Positions 45,453 through 55,638 of a DNA stretch of 63,103 nucleotides are shown here, in pieces. The notes beneath the pieces were generated by a model. That model saw only the letters and a program-made list of their open reading frames with translations. It was not told the origin of the DNA and did not search any database. Within the stretch, counting starts at the first letter, position 1. The number at the start of each line of letters is the position of its first letter. Source of the stretch: a virus (lineage: Duplodnaviria; Heunggongvirae; Uroviricota; Caudoviricetes); IMG/VR virus record IMGVR_UViG_3300023202_000102, positions 130,700 to 193,802 of that record, one strand, 5' to 3'. The position numbers and the translations under genes are program-made.

Positions 45453-46226
45453 TTAACTCCTAAATCTCTTTGCAATTTCAAATTTTCTATCTAAATAATC
45501 TTCACCATCATCATACAGCCATGAGAAAATCTTTCTTGCATTGCCATTACCACAATATTGTATTATGAAAATTCCAGATGATAGACTAACTTTTACTGGG
45601 TTAACACCGCTGTATTTTACCAAAAAATCCCTGTACGAGAGAAGGAAACTTTCTGTTCCACGAACAGAAATTGCCGCTTGTGATTTTTTGTTTATTGATA
45701 CTCCTCCATCTCCATCAAAATATCCTCTCATGAAATGTTTTACCAGATCGGGATCTACGTTTGGGAATGTGTACTTCTTTGTTTTTCTTGGCGTGATGTT
45801 AAACCTTTCAAGATCCTTGGCCATTTTTCTTGATACAATATCGATAGAAGAGTAGTTTTCATACTTCTGCACCGGCTCTTGTGCTTTGCAAAAATTTTTG
45901 AACTTTTCAATGTGTTCAACATCTCTGTTTGCTAATGAAAGGGATACTATTTTTGTATTTTTGTTTTTCTCTTTGATACATCCGTCAGCTGCTATAAACC
46001 CAGCCCAATAGTAGGACTGCGGAGAGTCTCTTGAAAATACCAAATCATCATGATTGTATTTTGTTTTGTACTTGATTTCTATATCGTACCGGTTCATTAA
46101 ACCTCTTAATGACTTGGTATCAAAACCAGTGGCTCTAGAAACTCCCTGAATGCTACCGTTTATCTGGTATAGATCTAGGAACTCTTCTTTGGTAAGTACT
46201 TTATACAGCGGCGTTCCTTTTGGCAT
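45453..46226 (-). mobile_element. Free-standing LAGLIDADG homing endonuclease with N-terminal HTH
   Basis: 'YWAGFIAADGCI' and 'FMRGYFDGDG', C-terminal 'YLDRK'; AT-rich. Confidence 0.88.
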
Positions 46227-46261
46227 ATCAATATTCAAGTATATTAGTATAGGGGATAATA

Positions 46262-47161
46262 ATGGCTATCGTTCCAAGATCGGAAATTGTACAACCAGGA
46301 GATACCGTTGCTCTTCGCGCACGGTTTACCGGACCTGACGGAATGGAAACTGATCTTGATGCGTTTCCAACGGTTACTGTAATTCAACCGGGAGGTGGTG
46401 TAGCTGTTGGGCCAACCTCAGCGGGTGTAGCAAGAATTGGTATTGGTCAATATCAATTTAATTATAGCATTGGCCTCTACCCTCCTATTGGAACATGGAG
46501 AGATGTTTGGAGAGGTGTCTTGAGTGGGTATGAGGTTATTGGTGAATTTACATTCACAACTCATACTACGCAGATGCCTGCGATTAATACTGACGGATAT
46601 AAAAAGCTTGGAGACGACCCAGGATTCAACTTTTCTCAGACTGCCATCTGCAACATCAATAACTTACTGAAGTCTTTGCGTGCTCGTTTAAAGAGCCGTG
46701 GAAAGTCTAAGACTACCGATCAGTTCGGAAATGTTATCTACAAAGATTGTGATGTTTATACGGTGGATGAGCTGGTGGCATTTCTCTGCCAGGCCCTCTC
46801 AATGTTCAATGAAATTCCTCACTTCACATTCTTTGTGTGGGAGGATACTCCTATTATTGAACAATTCCATGACGTACTGGTTCAGGGTGGGCTTTATCTT
46901 GCTCTTGCTGCGCAGGCTCTTATTGAGCGTGGTCGTGAATTTACTGTAAATGACAATGGTATCGGATTTACTCCACCAACCATTTCTGAGCTTTTGAACT
47001 CTCAGTACCAGAAGGAAATGGATTCCTGGTATGAAAAGGTTAAGCTTATCAAGCACAACATGAAGCCTTCGCCGCTAGGCCTTGGAACCTTGAGCTTTGT
47101 GGGTGGAGCAAGCCCTCAGGTGCGCCGTTTGCGCCATTTGAGGCAGCGCCAGATCTTCTAA
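46262..47161 (+). CDS. Putative neck / head-tail adaptor protein with Ig-like N-terminus
   Basis: Ig-like N-domain; helical C-domain 'LRARLK...YTVDELVAFL..ALS.FN..P' and 'F.VNDNGI' reminiscent of adaptor proteins. Confidence 0.55.
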   Translation: MAIVPRSEIVQPGDTVALRARFTGPDGMETDLDAFPTVTVIQPGGGVAVGPTSAGVARIGIGQYQFNYSIGLYPPIGTWRDVWRGVLSGYEVIGEFTFTTHTTQMPAINTDGYKKLGDDPGFNFSQTAICNINNLLKSLRARLKSRGKSKTTDQFGNVIYKDCDVYTVDELVAFLCQALSMFNEIPHFTFFVWEDTPIIEQFHDVLVQGGLYLALAAQALIERGREFTVNDNGIGFTPPTISELLNSQYQKEMDSWYEKVKLIKHNMKPSPLGLGTLSFVGGASPQVRRLRHLRQRQIF

Positions 47162-47212
47162 AAAAGAGCATCAGGGTTTAATCCGCCTCTGCATAACCAG
47201 GCAGAATAGGGT

Positions 47213-48835
47213 ATGGCTAAGTTATTGGAAAAGTTGGCTGAGGCAGGTCTTATCAGCAATGCTGTTGGTTTCAGAACCAGGGCCCCTGGCAGGGTTGGAA
47301 ACAAACCTGGCCAGGGTTTAGGGCGTGCTCATCCGGTAAAACGACCAGTGCCTCCGACCGTTGCCCCAAAGCCAGCTCCAAAGCCAGCTCCACAAGCATC
47401 GCAAGTCTCTGCGCGAGGACTGAAGCTTGACCCCAAAGGCAACCTTGTCAGAGGTCAGCAGCCTAGGTGGTTCTATGAGCTTCCTCAGGCAAAGCAGATG
47501 AAGCTTCTCCAGCAAGCTCAGCGTCTACGTAAGAGTACAAAGATAGAGGCCAAGAGGCGTCTAGCAAACATTACAAAGATTAGAAGAGCACACAAAGTAA
47601 GAGATGCTAGAAACTATGTTAGCGACAGTATCTTGACTTACAGAAATAAACTTCCCGGCCTGATGCAAAAGGGCCTGGGAGCAACAGCTGCCTTCTCAGC
47701 ATTGTACTATGCCCTTTCTGGTAATTCACCATCTGCCTCAACACCAGACACTCAGGCAATTGCGACCCTAACTCCACAAGCCGTGGCTACAGTAAACCCT
47801 GTTGTGTCATCTCTAAAAGCAATACAAACTTTGAAGGGATATCTTGGTGAGGATGAAAACTCAGCTAAGGTTAGTGCAATCCTTGGACAGCTAGAAAGCG
47901 CACTTGCTCCGCTTACAAGTACACCAATGTCCCTAGACAATCCATCTAGCGTTGCTGCCTTTGCTGGATCTGCAAACACAGCAGAAGATGCAATCATGGC
48001 TTTTCTAGATAAGTCAGAACAGATTGGTCCGTACCTTCAGAACTACCCAGAGTGGCTTGATCTTTTGACAGGTCTCACTCAGATTGCTTCTGATATTGAT
48101 GCAGCCCGTGCAGTCAAGAATGAAATGCACCCTCTACCAGGAATGGATGAGTTAGAAACCGAGGCATCAAAGATTGATTTGGTTTTGAAATACTCCAGTG
48201 TTTACAACCTTCGTGTAAAGAGAGCTAATCCTGCAGCTATCTGGCCAATTACCATGGTCTTTGAGGCAATACGAGCAGACACGGTAGACTTCAATCAGAT
48301 CAAAGAGCATCTTGTAGATATCAAAGAGGTGATTGAAGGGCAGCGAACCTCAGGGTTCAATGACCTTTGGATGGCAAAGGGCTTTGATAAGTATACCCCA
48401 ATGTTCGATCAGTACCTCGGTAATCTTAAAAATACCATCGATCTTATCAACAAAATGGTAAGACCACCATCACATCAGATGGATAGAACTCAGATTGATA
48501 GCATTTCTCAGTTCATTTCTTCCGCACAAAGCGTACTTGATGGTTCATATGATGTGCTAACCGCGTTAAAAGATATTCAAGGTGGGTATTTTGATTTTGC
48601 TGGTAAGGTTCAGAATTTGGGCCTTGGTCTTGGAATGGACATGACTCCACACAACTCTGTAGCCAGAGACCTGGGTCAGGTTGAGGGTGCGCTTAGTCAG
48701 AAAATTAAGGAGCTTACAGAGCTTCTTGAAAGAGCACGTCAAGCAGAGGCTCAGGGTCAGATGGTAGCGCAACAGCAAATAGCTCCTGCAGCCTCCGGGT
48801 CTGCGGCACAGCAGATTGCAAGCATTGTATTGTGA
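47213..48835 (+). CDS. Probable internal head / ejection-like protein
   Basis: Basic N-terminus, hydrophobic 'GLGATAAFSALYYAL', two helical domains; motifs KLAE, TEAS, KRAN; no DGY. Confidence 0.45.
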   Translation: MAKLLEKLAEAGLISNAVGFRTRAPGRVGNKPGQGLGRAHPVKRPVPPTVAPKPAPKPAPQASQVSARGLKLDPKGNLVRGQQPRWFYELPQAKQMKLLQQAQRLRKSTKIEAKRRLANITKIRRAHKVRDARNYVSDSILTYRNKLPGLMQKGLGATAAFSALYYALSGNSPSASTPDTQAIATLTPQAVATVNPVVSSLKAIQTLKGYLGEDENSAKVSAILGQLESALAPLTSTPMSLDNPSSVAAFAGSANTAEDAIMAFLDKSEQIGPYLQNYPEWLDLLTGLTQIASDIDAARAVKNEMHPLPGMDELETEASKIDLVLKYSSVYNLRVKRANPAAIWPITMVFEAIRADTVDFNQIKEHLVDIKEVIEGQRTSGFNDLWMAKGFDKYTPMFDQYLGNLKNTIDLINKMVRPPSHQMDRTQIDSISQFISSAQSVLDGSYDVLTALKDIQGGYFDFAGKVQNLGLGLGMDMTPHNSVARDLGQVEGALSQKIKELTELLERARQAEAQGQMVAQQQIAPAASGSAAQQIASIVL

Positions 48836-48841
48836 GGAACT

Positions 48842-49414
48842 ATGCCTGAGGAAATTGTAACCAAAGGAATTCCACATAAGAAACTAGCTCCTATCTTGGA
48901 GAGAGTTCGTAAAGATGTGATTGCAAGTGATACTTTCAAAGAGATGGCTGAGAAGTATGACCTATATGAAGAAGAGTATGATTTGATTCCGTTAGCATTT
49001 GCTGAGCTTCCGGTTTCTGCCCGTACTGATCATGGGTGTATTTACGTTAACATTGAATTGCTTGAGAATTTTCTTAAGGATGGAAAGATAGATGAAGATG
49101 AGCTAAAGGAGATTGCTCACTATGTAGCTCATGAGAAAACTCATTTCGGCCAGCAGACTACTGGTAATAAGCCAACACCAGGAAGTACAGACGAGAATTA
49201 TTTAGATAACCCTGTGGAACAAGAGGGTTTCAAGAACCAGACGCAATACATTGCAGAAACTCAGGATGAGGAAGCAGCAGAAGAGTACATTGAAAAAGTA
49301 CTAGATCATCATGATGAATATCATGAAGACGATAAAGAGCGTGAGAGTCGTAAAAAGAAGCTGATTGATCTTGCCAGTGAAGTTAGACTACAGGTGTTTC
49401 TGAAGGGGTTTTAG
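48842..49414 (+). CDS. Zincin-like (HExxH) metallopeptidase-fold protein
   Basis: 'VAHEKTHFGQ' followed by 'YLDNPVEQEGF'. Confidence 0.65.
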   Translation: MPEEIVTKGIPHKKLAPILERVRKDVIASDTFKEMAEKYDLYEEEYDLIPLAFAELPVSARTDHGCIYVNIELLENFLKDGKIDEDELKEIAHYVAHEKTHFGQQTTGNKPTPGSTDENYLDNPVEQEGFKNQTQYIAETQDEEAAEEYIEKVLDHHDEYHEDDKERESRKKKLIDLASEVRLQVFLKGF

Positions 49415-49418
49415 ACGG

Positions 49419-49430
49419 ATAATCTAGTAT
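49419..49430 (+). promoter_or_regulatory. Putative late promoter element
   Basis: ATAA-tcta-GTAT, 6 nt, ATG 49437; no SD. Confidence 0.55.
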
Positions 49431-49436
49431 CCGTAT

Positions 49437-51059
49437 ATGCCTAGCTGTAAACCACAAGTCAGTATTCGTACTTTTGACCGTGCACTCTATGGACTCAAAT
49501 CAGTGGGCTTCCATGGGGATGGCTATTCCGTATCTATGGAATGGTACAAATCTTATGTAGAACCAATCAATTATGATTTGGTTTACAATATCTATTGGTC
49601 TAACCTGAAGAGTGATGTTTTCACAGAGGGTGTAAAGTTTGTAGTTCCTGGTGATCAGCTTCAGGCCACATTTATCAATCTCTTCAAAGCCGGAGAGACT
49701 TATAATTTTGCAGTGCGAGCAGCGGCTCATGAACCAGGTACTTTAGATTTTGATAGTCTTCCAGAATCACCAGAGAATGGCAAAATGTATCCGCAGGCCG
49801 CTTTGCGTGAAGATATTACTGCAACTGACCTTATCATCCCATTAGATGATGTTTCCATGTTTCCACCAATGGGTATTGTACTGATTGGTGCAGAACCAAT
49901 CTCGTATTCAGCGATTGATATTGTAGATAACAATCTTGTTCTTTTCAGTCAAGACCAGCGTGGTCTGTACGGCTATGATGCTCGATTACACACTACAGAT
50001 GGTTATGATGGATACCATCAGTTTGACGATCCGTTTGTGAATCTTTGGAAGGGATTTGAAGATGAAAATGGGGTTACAGGAGTTGATACTAATAAGTTTG
50101 AGCACCAGTATCCGAGAACTAACGCAGACGGCTACAGAGGTCAGCAGGATATCATTACAGGATCTAAAAACCTAGATGTTGTTGATGATATCAATGACGG
50201 GTTCCCTTCTTGGGATCACGCTGGTTGGGACAGAAACCCAGTTACAGATTATTTAGCAGGTAGGTGTATAGGCACTTACTTTGGTGGTGAGTTTGGATGC
50301 GCAGATGGTTACGATTCTACAGGGCCAGAACGTGGACTTTCTATTGGTGACCACATTAACATGAGAGAGGAGTACCTTCTTGAGATTACTGGTGAGCCTG
50401 TAACATTGGTACGTCGCATGTGGGAGGGTAAGAATTCCAAACACTATAGCCCAACCCGAGAGAACACTGCTTATCGTGGACTGGACAATCATGGAACAGG
50501 GTTTGTTAGCGGGTACGACCAGTATTTCAATACCAGGCGTTCAGATGGAAAGATTTTAGTTCGCTTCGGGCCAACCAAAGAGGACTTTAAGCGCGAAGAC
50601 TCTGGTATCGAAAATGAGTTCATTCCTAACTGTTGGACTTTGGTAACACCATCTGTGCAAGATGGTGACTTCATCATTCGATACAATGATGATGGCTCAG
50701 AGGAGTGGAGGTACGAGATTATTGATGTTGATCGTAATAGAACATTTTCTGAGATTGCTGGTGGCTCTAATGGTGCTCAAAAGTTTACAGCCGTGCGTGT
50801 TCGTAAGACTGATCCAATTTATCAGTGGAGAGCTATTAGAGATACATCCATGTTCCCATCAGAGGTACTTACTCATTTTGGCTCTGTTTCTGGGCCTGGA
50901 GGAATTCCTCTACATATGCACAGAATCGTTATTAACGAAAACATCGTTTCTTTGCAACAAATCAATCAAACCACCTCTATTGAGAGGGGGCATAATCATG
51001 TCGTAGAAAACGGAGTTGTTTTACCAGCTCTTGGGCATACCCACACATTAATATTATGA
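49437..51059 (+). CDS. Putative neck / head-closure protein with FN3-like N-terminus and His-rich C-terminus
   Basis: 'YNIYWS...YNFAVRA' (FN3-like); 'TGEPV.LVRR...WTLVTP.VQDGDFII...RYEI..V' (closure-like); terminal HMH/GHNH/GHTH; five DGY motifs. Confidence 0.55.
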   Translation: MPSCKPQVSIRTFDRALYGLKSVGFHGDGYSVSMEWYKSYVEPINYDLVYNIYWSNLKSDVFTEGVKFVVPGDQLQATFINLFKAGETYNFAVRAAAHEPGTLDFDSLPESPENGKMYPQAALREDITATDLIIPLDDVSMFPPMGIVLIGAEPISYSAIDIVDNNLVLFSQDQRGLYGYDARLHTTDGYDGYHQFDDPFVNLWKGFEDENGVTGVDTNKFEHQYPRTNADGYRGQQDIITGSKNLDVVDDINDGFPSWDHAGWDRNPVTDYLAGRCIGTYFGGEFGCADGYDSTGPERGLSIGDHINMREEYLLEITGEPVTLVRRMWEGKNSKHYSPTRENTAYRGLDNHGTGFVSGYDQYFNTRRSDGKILVRFGPTKEDFKREDSGIENEFIPNCWTLVTPSVQDGDFIIRYNDDGSEEWRYEIIDVDRNRTFSEIAGGSNGAQKFTAVRVRKTDPIYQWRAIRDTSMFPSEVLTHFGSVSGPGGIPLHMHRIVINENIVSLQQINQTTSIERGHNHVVENGVVLPALGHTHTLIL

Positions 51060-51072
51060 TAGGTGGTGTTGT

Positions 51073-51888
51073 ATGACTGGTAGATTTGAAGATATGCATG
51101 GAATAACAAAGAGAGACTTACAGATTAAGTATGAAAAGTTTGGATCATTGAGAGGTGTAGCAAAAGAATACGGTACTGATCATAATGTTATTCGCGGTAT
51201 GATGGGTCGTTTTGGTTTGAATTACAAAGTAATAAATTATAAATCACTACCTGTTAATCATGATTTTTTCTCAGAGCATACCTATCAGTCATGTTATTGG
51301 GCTGGTTTTTTGGCTGCAGATGGCTGCATACATAACAAATATGTAAAACTGTCTTTGTCTGAAAAAGATCTTAATCATTTAATGACTTTTAAAGAACATA
51401 TAAGCTCAGAACACAAATTAACAAAAACGGAAAGTAAGGGATCTGTTTGTTATTGTTTATCTGTTAGTTCTTCTAAAATGGTGAGTGATCTTAAAAAATT
51501 TGGAGTTGTTCCAAGAAAAACACAAACATTAGATTTTCCAAAGATACCTAGCGCTTTGGCTTCATATTTTTGTAGGGGATATTTTGATGGTGATGGATGT
51601 TGGGCCGTTCACAAACCATCCACTCGTCCAGGCAGAAAAGGTCAATTGGTATTTTCAACCAGAGGTACTGAAAAGTTTCTTGAAGGATTTAACAAATGTC
51701 TTGTAAATTACGCTGGATTACCAGAGAGGTGCCTTGACAAGTCATTGAAGGGATGGAGAACTTCTGTGCTTCAGTATAATGGTAATAACATTTGTAGAAA
51801 GATAGCCGATTGGCTTTACAAAGATATTGATAATTCTGATGTGTTTCTTGATAGGAAATATCAGATTGTATATGGTGATAGAGTATAA
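51073..51888 (+). mobile_element. Free-standing LAGLIDADG homing endonuclease
   Basis: 'YWAGFLAADGCI', 'FCRGYFDGDG', 'FLDRK'; paralogous to 45453-46226; AT-rich. Confidence 0.88.
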
Positions 51889-51899
51889 TATTGGAGCAT
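51888..51899 (+). promoter_or_regulatory. Putative late promoter element
   Basis: ATAT-tgga-GCAT, 6 nt, ATG 51906; no SD. Confidence 0.55.
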
Positions 51900-51905
51900 T
51901 AGATT

Positions 51906-53558
51906 ATGGTAAGGACTAGGTATACTGGCACTGGACGAGCCCGTGAGGGCGGACTCGCCGCAACCCACAGACAGGACTTTGAAGCTCACCACACAGGTGG
52001 AGATTGGCGTCATGGGGCTTTGGACATTGATATGGATCCGCCAATCACCGAAGGTGATGGTATCTATCAGGGAGATACTGTTCAAGAAACTCTTGAAGCT
52101 ATGGCAAATGTATTCTTGACAGGAGGTCAGGGGTTCATTGCTATTGGTGATGGTTATGGAAATTGCTCTCAAGATATTGCTCCAGCTTTTGAAGGAGCCT
52201 TTACCAATGCTCGTCTCGTAAATGGCGGTGTGATTCTGGTTAAGGCTGGAACATATTGTTTGCAGAACACGGTAACTGTCCCAACAGGTATTACAATTCT
52301 GGGCGAGCCCGGTGCATCGGTCATCATTGGTGAGACAGCAGAGGCTCCGCTGTTTGAGTTCCAAACAACAACTACCATTAATGATGTTGGTGATGGTGGC
52401 TTTACAATGACAGAGTCTCAGGACAAGAACCGCATTGTTGATATGGTTTTTTATGATGACCTGAACGACAATTCAGCGGGTGGACCATCCAGTCTTCAGA
52501 CAGTTCCGTTTGTTAGGTGCGAGCGTGGCTCTGATTTGACGATTGATAATTGCCAGTTCATTGGAAAAGTAGAGACTGGACCAAATGCTGTAACACACAG
52601 AGTAGTTGGATACACTGGTGCAGCTTCACTTAACGGAACAACCTTACAGTTTTTGAATTCATTTGCTGACGGTGTAAAGTCATTAGTGGAATTTGATGCA
52701 ACTCTTGGAGCGCCCGATAGGTTAGTCATTGAAAACAATAGGTTTAGAACTTTTGGTGATGGAATCAATGCAGACTCTGAAAGTACCTATGCTGTTTCAT
52801 TCACTAATTGTAACTGTACAATTGCAAACAACCATCATGTAGGCGTTAACTCAACTTATCAAGCACATGGATTTGCTTTCATCAAAGACTTCGCTGTTGC
52901 CGATTCTAGTACTTACATATCAATTACTGGAACAACTGGTGGTGTAGACTCTACGTTATCAGATACAAACACGCTCATTTTTGATGATAGAACAGTTAAG
53001 AATGAAATTCAAACTGTTGCCTTAAATTCTTGGGGCCCTCCAACCTTAACAACTTCACATCCATTTTCTTTGGCATTGGCTGGTGATATTCGGGCGAATG
53101 GTGATGCAGAAGTATCTGGGGGAGATACAACTATTGCTCGTGGTGTTGTTCACCACGCATTTGCACACAGGTACATGAATGACTCTACTGCTGTAGATAA
53201 GCAGTACACCCTTGATCCTAGATATGAAGCTCACGCAGTTGGAACGGCTGGTGCTGGATTCGGACTATTACACATAGTTGTTTCTGCGGCAGCTGCAACT
53301 CCGGTTACACTTACAATCGACACAACGGCCGGAGCCCTGCCTCTTGGTGGAATATTTGAGATTGTAGTTTCAAATATTAATGGTGCGGACATTACAATGT
53401 CTTGGGATTCTGAGTTTGGTTTCCAAAGCGCTGGAGACGATCAGTTCGGAACATCTAATCTAATAGCAGAGACTGTTGTAAGGTGGACCGGAACTGTAAT
53501 TTCTCCAGTTAGCTCTATGCCAAGAATTCTCATGGACAGAAAGGATTATCTTCCATAA
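51906..53558 (+). CDS. Tailspike-like protein with pectate-lyase-type beta-helix
   Basis: 'GGVILVKAGTY.L...VTVP.GITILGE' N-cap and repeats such as 'IDNCQF', 'IENNRF', 'IANNH'. Confidence 0.7.
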   Translation: MVRTRYTGTGRAREGGLAATHRQDFEAHHTGGDWRHGALDIDMDPPITEGDGIYQGDTVQETLEAMANVFLTGGQGFIAIGDGYGNCSQDIAPAFEGAFTNARLVNGGVILVKAGTYCLQNTVTVPTGITILGEPGASVIIGETAEAPLFEFQTTTTINDVGDGGFTMTESQDKNRIVDMVFYDDLNDNSAGGPSSLQTVPFVRCERGSDLTIDNCQFIGKVETGPNAVTHRVVGYTGAASLNGTTLQFLNSFADGVKSLVEFDATLGAPDRLVIENNRFRTFGDGINADSESTYAVSFTNCNCTIANNHHVGVNSTYQAHGFAFIKDFAVADSSTYISITGTTGGVDSTLSDTNTLIFDDRTVKNEIQTVALNSWGPPTLTTSHPFSLALAGDIRANGDAEVSGGDTTIARGVVHHAFAHRYMNDSTAVDKQYTLDPRYEAHAVGTAGAGFGLLHIVVSAAAATPVTLTIDTTAGALPLGGIFEIVVSNINGADITMSWDSEFGFQSAGDDQFGTSNLIAETVVRWTGTVISPVSSMPRILMDRKDYLP

Positions 53559-53566
53559 GGTGAATT

Positions 53567-55144
53567 ATGACACGTATAGCTAATTTAGAAGCAGACCAAG
53601 TAACACACGTACCAGCAGTATATACGGTTGACAACACTCTCATGAATGCGGGAGGCGTCATCACTATTGACTATCCATACCCTACACATATCAAGTTAGA
53701 TGTTCAGGGGCTAGACAATGGCGGCAGAGTAACTCTTGTTTTTACGGGAGACCCAAAAGATGGAGAAATGTTGAACATTACAGTGCAACAGCCAAGTGAT
53801 GAGTTCAATGTTGGTATCCATGATATCTCAGTGAGTGTTGCTGGCTCTCCAGGATCTCCAGGTTTTGCAAGACAAACTCCCAATGACATTCTTACTCCAG
53901 ATCCTCACGAGGAAACAGTAACACACTTTCAGCTTGTTTACAATGCTGACAATCATCATTACATCAAAATCTCAGAGGGTGTAACTGGATATGGGCCAAG
54001 TTCTGACTTTCAGTATGATTACAATACTAGATATTTTGATAAGCCACAGAAAAGCTGGCGAGCTATGTCTAATATGTGGGTGCCATTGTCCGGATCTCAG
54101 TGGGAGTCTGATGACTTTGGCAAGGTAACTAATCCCGTATTTGTTGAAAGATCTACAGGACCATTCAAGGAAGGATTGGTTATGTGGGCATCTGTTGATT
54201 TTGGAGTAAACGCTTATTTGTATTGGATGCGTCCAGGGGGAATGACACATAGAACAACCCTTGGTCCTGTTACCGGAAATGCAGCTTGGACACTGGCAGT
54301 TCGTGAGAGAATTTCAATCTCTGATGATACGATTTTTCTTAAGCTGAGAACAAATGATAACACCTATTCATTACGAGTAACCTGGAATCTTAATGTTTTC
54401 AATGTAGATACTTTTGCAGCACTTGGAGAGAGTGGTTCACCAAATAACAACCTGATTTATAAAGATATTGGATCAGATCGATTTTATTGGATTGGTGGAG
54501 CTTCTGCTGAACTTGTACGATCTCAAGATGGGGCTGGTGCTTTTGCTCCAGCAACTGTATTTACAGCGTCTGGTTTTATGTATGGAATGGCCCGAGCACC
54601 TAATGGAAGAATTGGCGTTGCTATCTCTGCAGCAACGGCTCGATTTGCGGTTTCCACTGAGACGCGCAATGCGTTTGCAAGTACTTGGTCAGCTGAACAA
54701 GTTGTAGGAGCTGCTCCGGGCGCACCTACAGGCGGTATTGCTTGGGACAGGCCAAGAGCTAGATGGATAATTCTCTCTGGTGATTTTACTGTCTGGGCAT
54801 CTACAGACATCGAGGGAACATCATGGTCTCAAGTTGGAGATATCTCGGCTTTTGTAGGTGGTGTTGGACCTGCAGTTTACTTTGCTGGTGTAGGTAATAC
54901 ACTTGTAGCTGCTCGTAACACATCTCCGGTAACTGGATACACTATTGTTAGTTATGATGGTGGGGTTACATGGACTCAGTTAACAACTGATTCTGGTGCT
55001 TCACTTCGCTCTATGGGTATTGGCGGTATTGGGTACATGGCTGGACGTTTGTTCGCTCCTTTGTATAACGAACAAGACTCTGCGATGGCTATGATCTCTT
55101 CTGTTGATTGCAACAGGTGGGGTCCTTTAGATATTGATAAGTAA
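53567..55144 (+). CDS. Receptor-binding-like protein with BNR/Asp-box beta-propeller
   Basis: Asp-boxes 'SYDGGVTW', 'STDIEGTSW', 'SQDGAGAF'. Confidence 0.55.
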   Translation: MTRIANLEADQVTHVPAVYTVDNTLMNAGGVITIDYPYPTHIKLDVQGLDNGGRVTLVFTGDPKDGEMLNITVQQPSDEFNVGIHDISVSVAGSPGSPGFARQTPNDILTPDPHEETVTHFQLVYNADNHHYIKISEGVTGYGPSSDFQYDYNTRYFDKPQKSWRAMSNMWVPLSGSQWESDDFGKVTNPVFVERSTGPFKEGLVMWASVDFGVNAYLYWMRPGGMTHRTTLGPVTGNAAWTLAVRERISISDDTIFLKLRTNDNTYSLRVTWNLNVFNVDTFAALGESGSPNNNLIYKDIGSDRFYWIGGASAELVRSQDGAGAFAPATVFTASGFMYGMARAPNGRIGVAISAATARFAVSTETRNAFASTWSAEQVVGAAPGAPTGGIAWDRPRARWIILSGDFTVWASTDIEGTSWSQVGDISAFVGGVGPAVYFAGVGNTLVAARNTSPVTGYTIVSYDGGVTWTQLTTDSGASLRSMGIGGIGYMAGRLFAPLYNEQDSAMAMISSVDCNRWGPLDIDK

Positions 55145-55213
55145 GGTCTTTTTGACAGGAATATTCTGTCATACAGGCATGGGCCAATTTTGGCTCCCAA
55201 CAAGGAGGAACTT

Positions 55214-55624
55214 ATGGAAGATGCTATCACAGGTATTTTTACCACAGGCGCATTGGTTTTTTCCGTTGTTATCGCACTAGCAACGGTTGCTGTCCGTAAG
55301 GTAGTTGAGACAGTGTTCAAGAAATTGGAGATTGTCATTCCAGACAAGGCTGAAGATCTGATGAGGGATTTTTGGAAGCAGTGGGTTTTGCGCGCACTTC
55401 CAATGATTCTTGGCGGGCTTGCGGCTTACATGTTTCAGACATTCCCAGTTCCAGAGGTTTTCGCAGAATCTACTTCTGGACGTGTTTTCTTCGGAATTGT
55501 AGCGGGTTTGTTCAGTATGCCGCTATATGACGTAGTGAAGTACCATACTAAGAAACACCTACCAGAATCTGTAAAAGAGAAGGTTACCAGCATCATTCCA
55601 AAGATGCCACCAAAAGAAGACTAA
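55214..55624 (+). CDS. Holin-like membrane protein (about 3 TM segments)
   Basis: RBS AGGAGG; three hydrophobic segments, 'GIVAGLFS..LY', basic C-terminal tail. Confidence 0.6.
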   Translation: MEDAITGIFTTGALVFSVVIALATVAVRKVVETVFKKLEIVIPDKAEDLMRDFWKQWVLRALPMILGGLAAYMFQTFPVPEVFAESTSGRVFFGIVAGLFSMPLYDVVKYHTKKHLPESVKEKVTSIIPKMPPKED

Positions 55625-55638
55625 CAAGCTAGAGAGTT

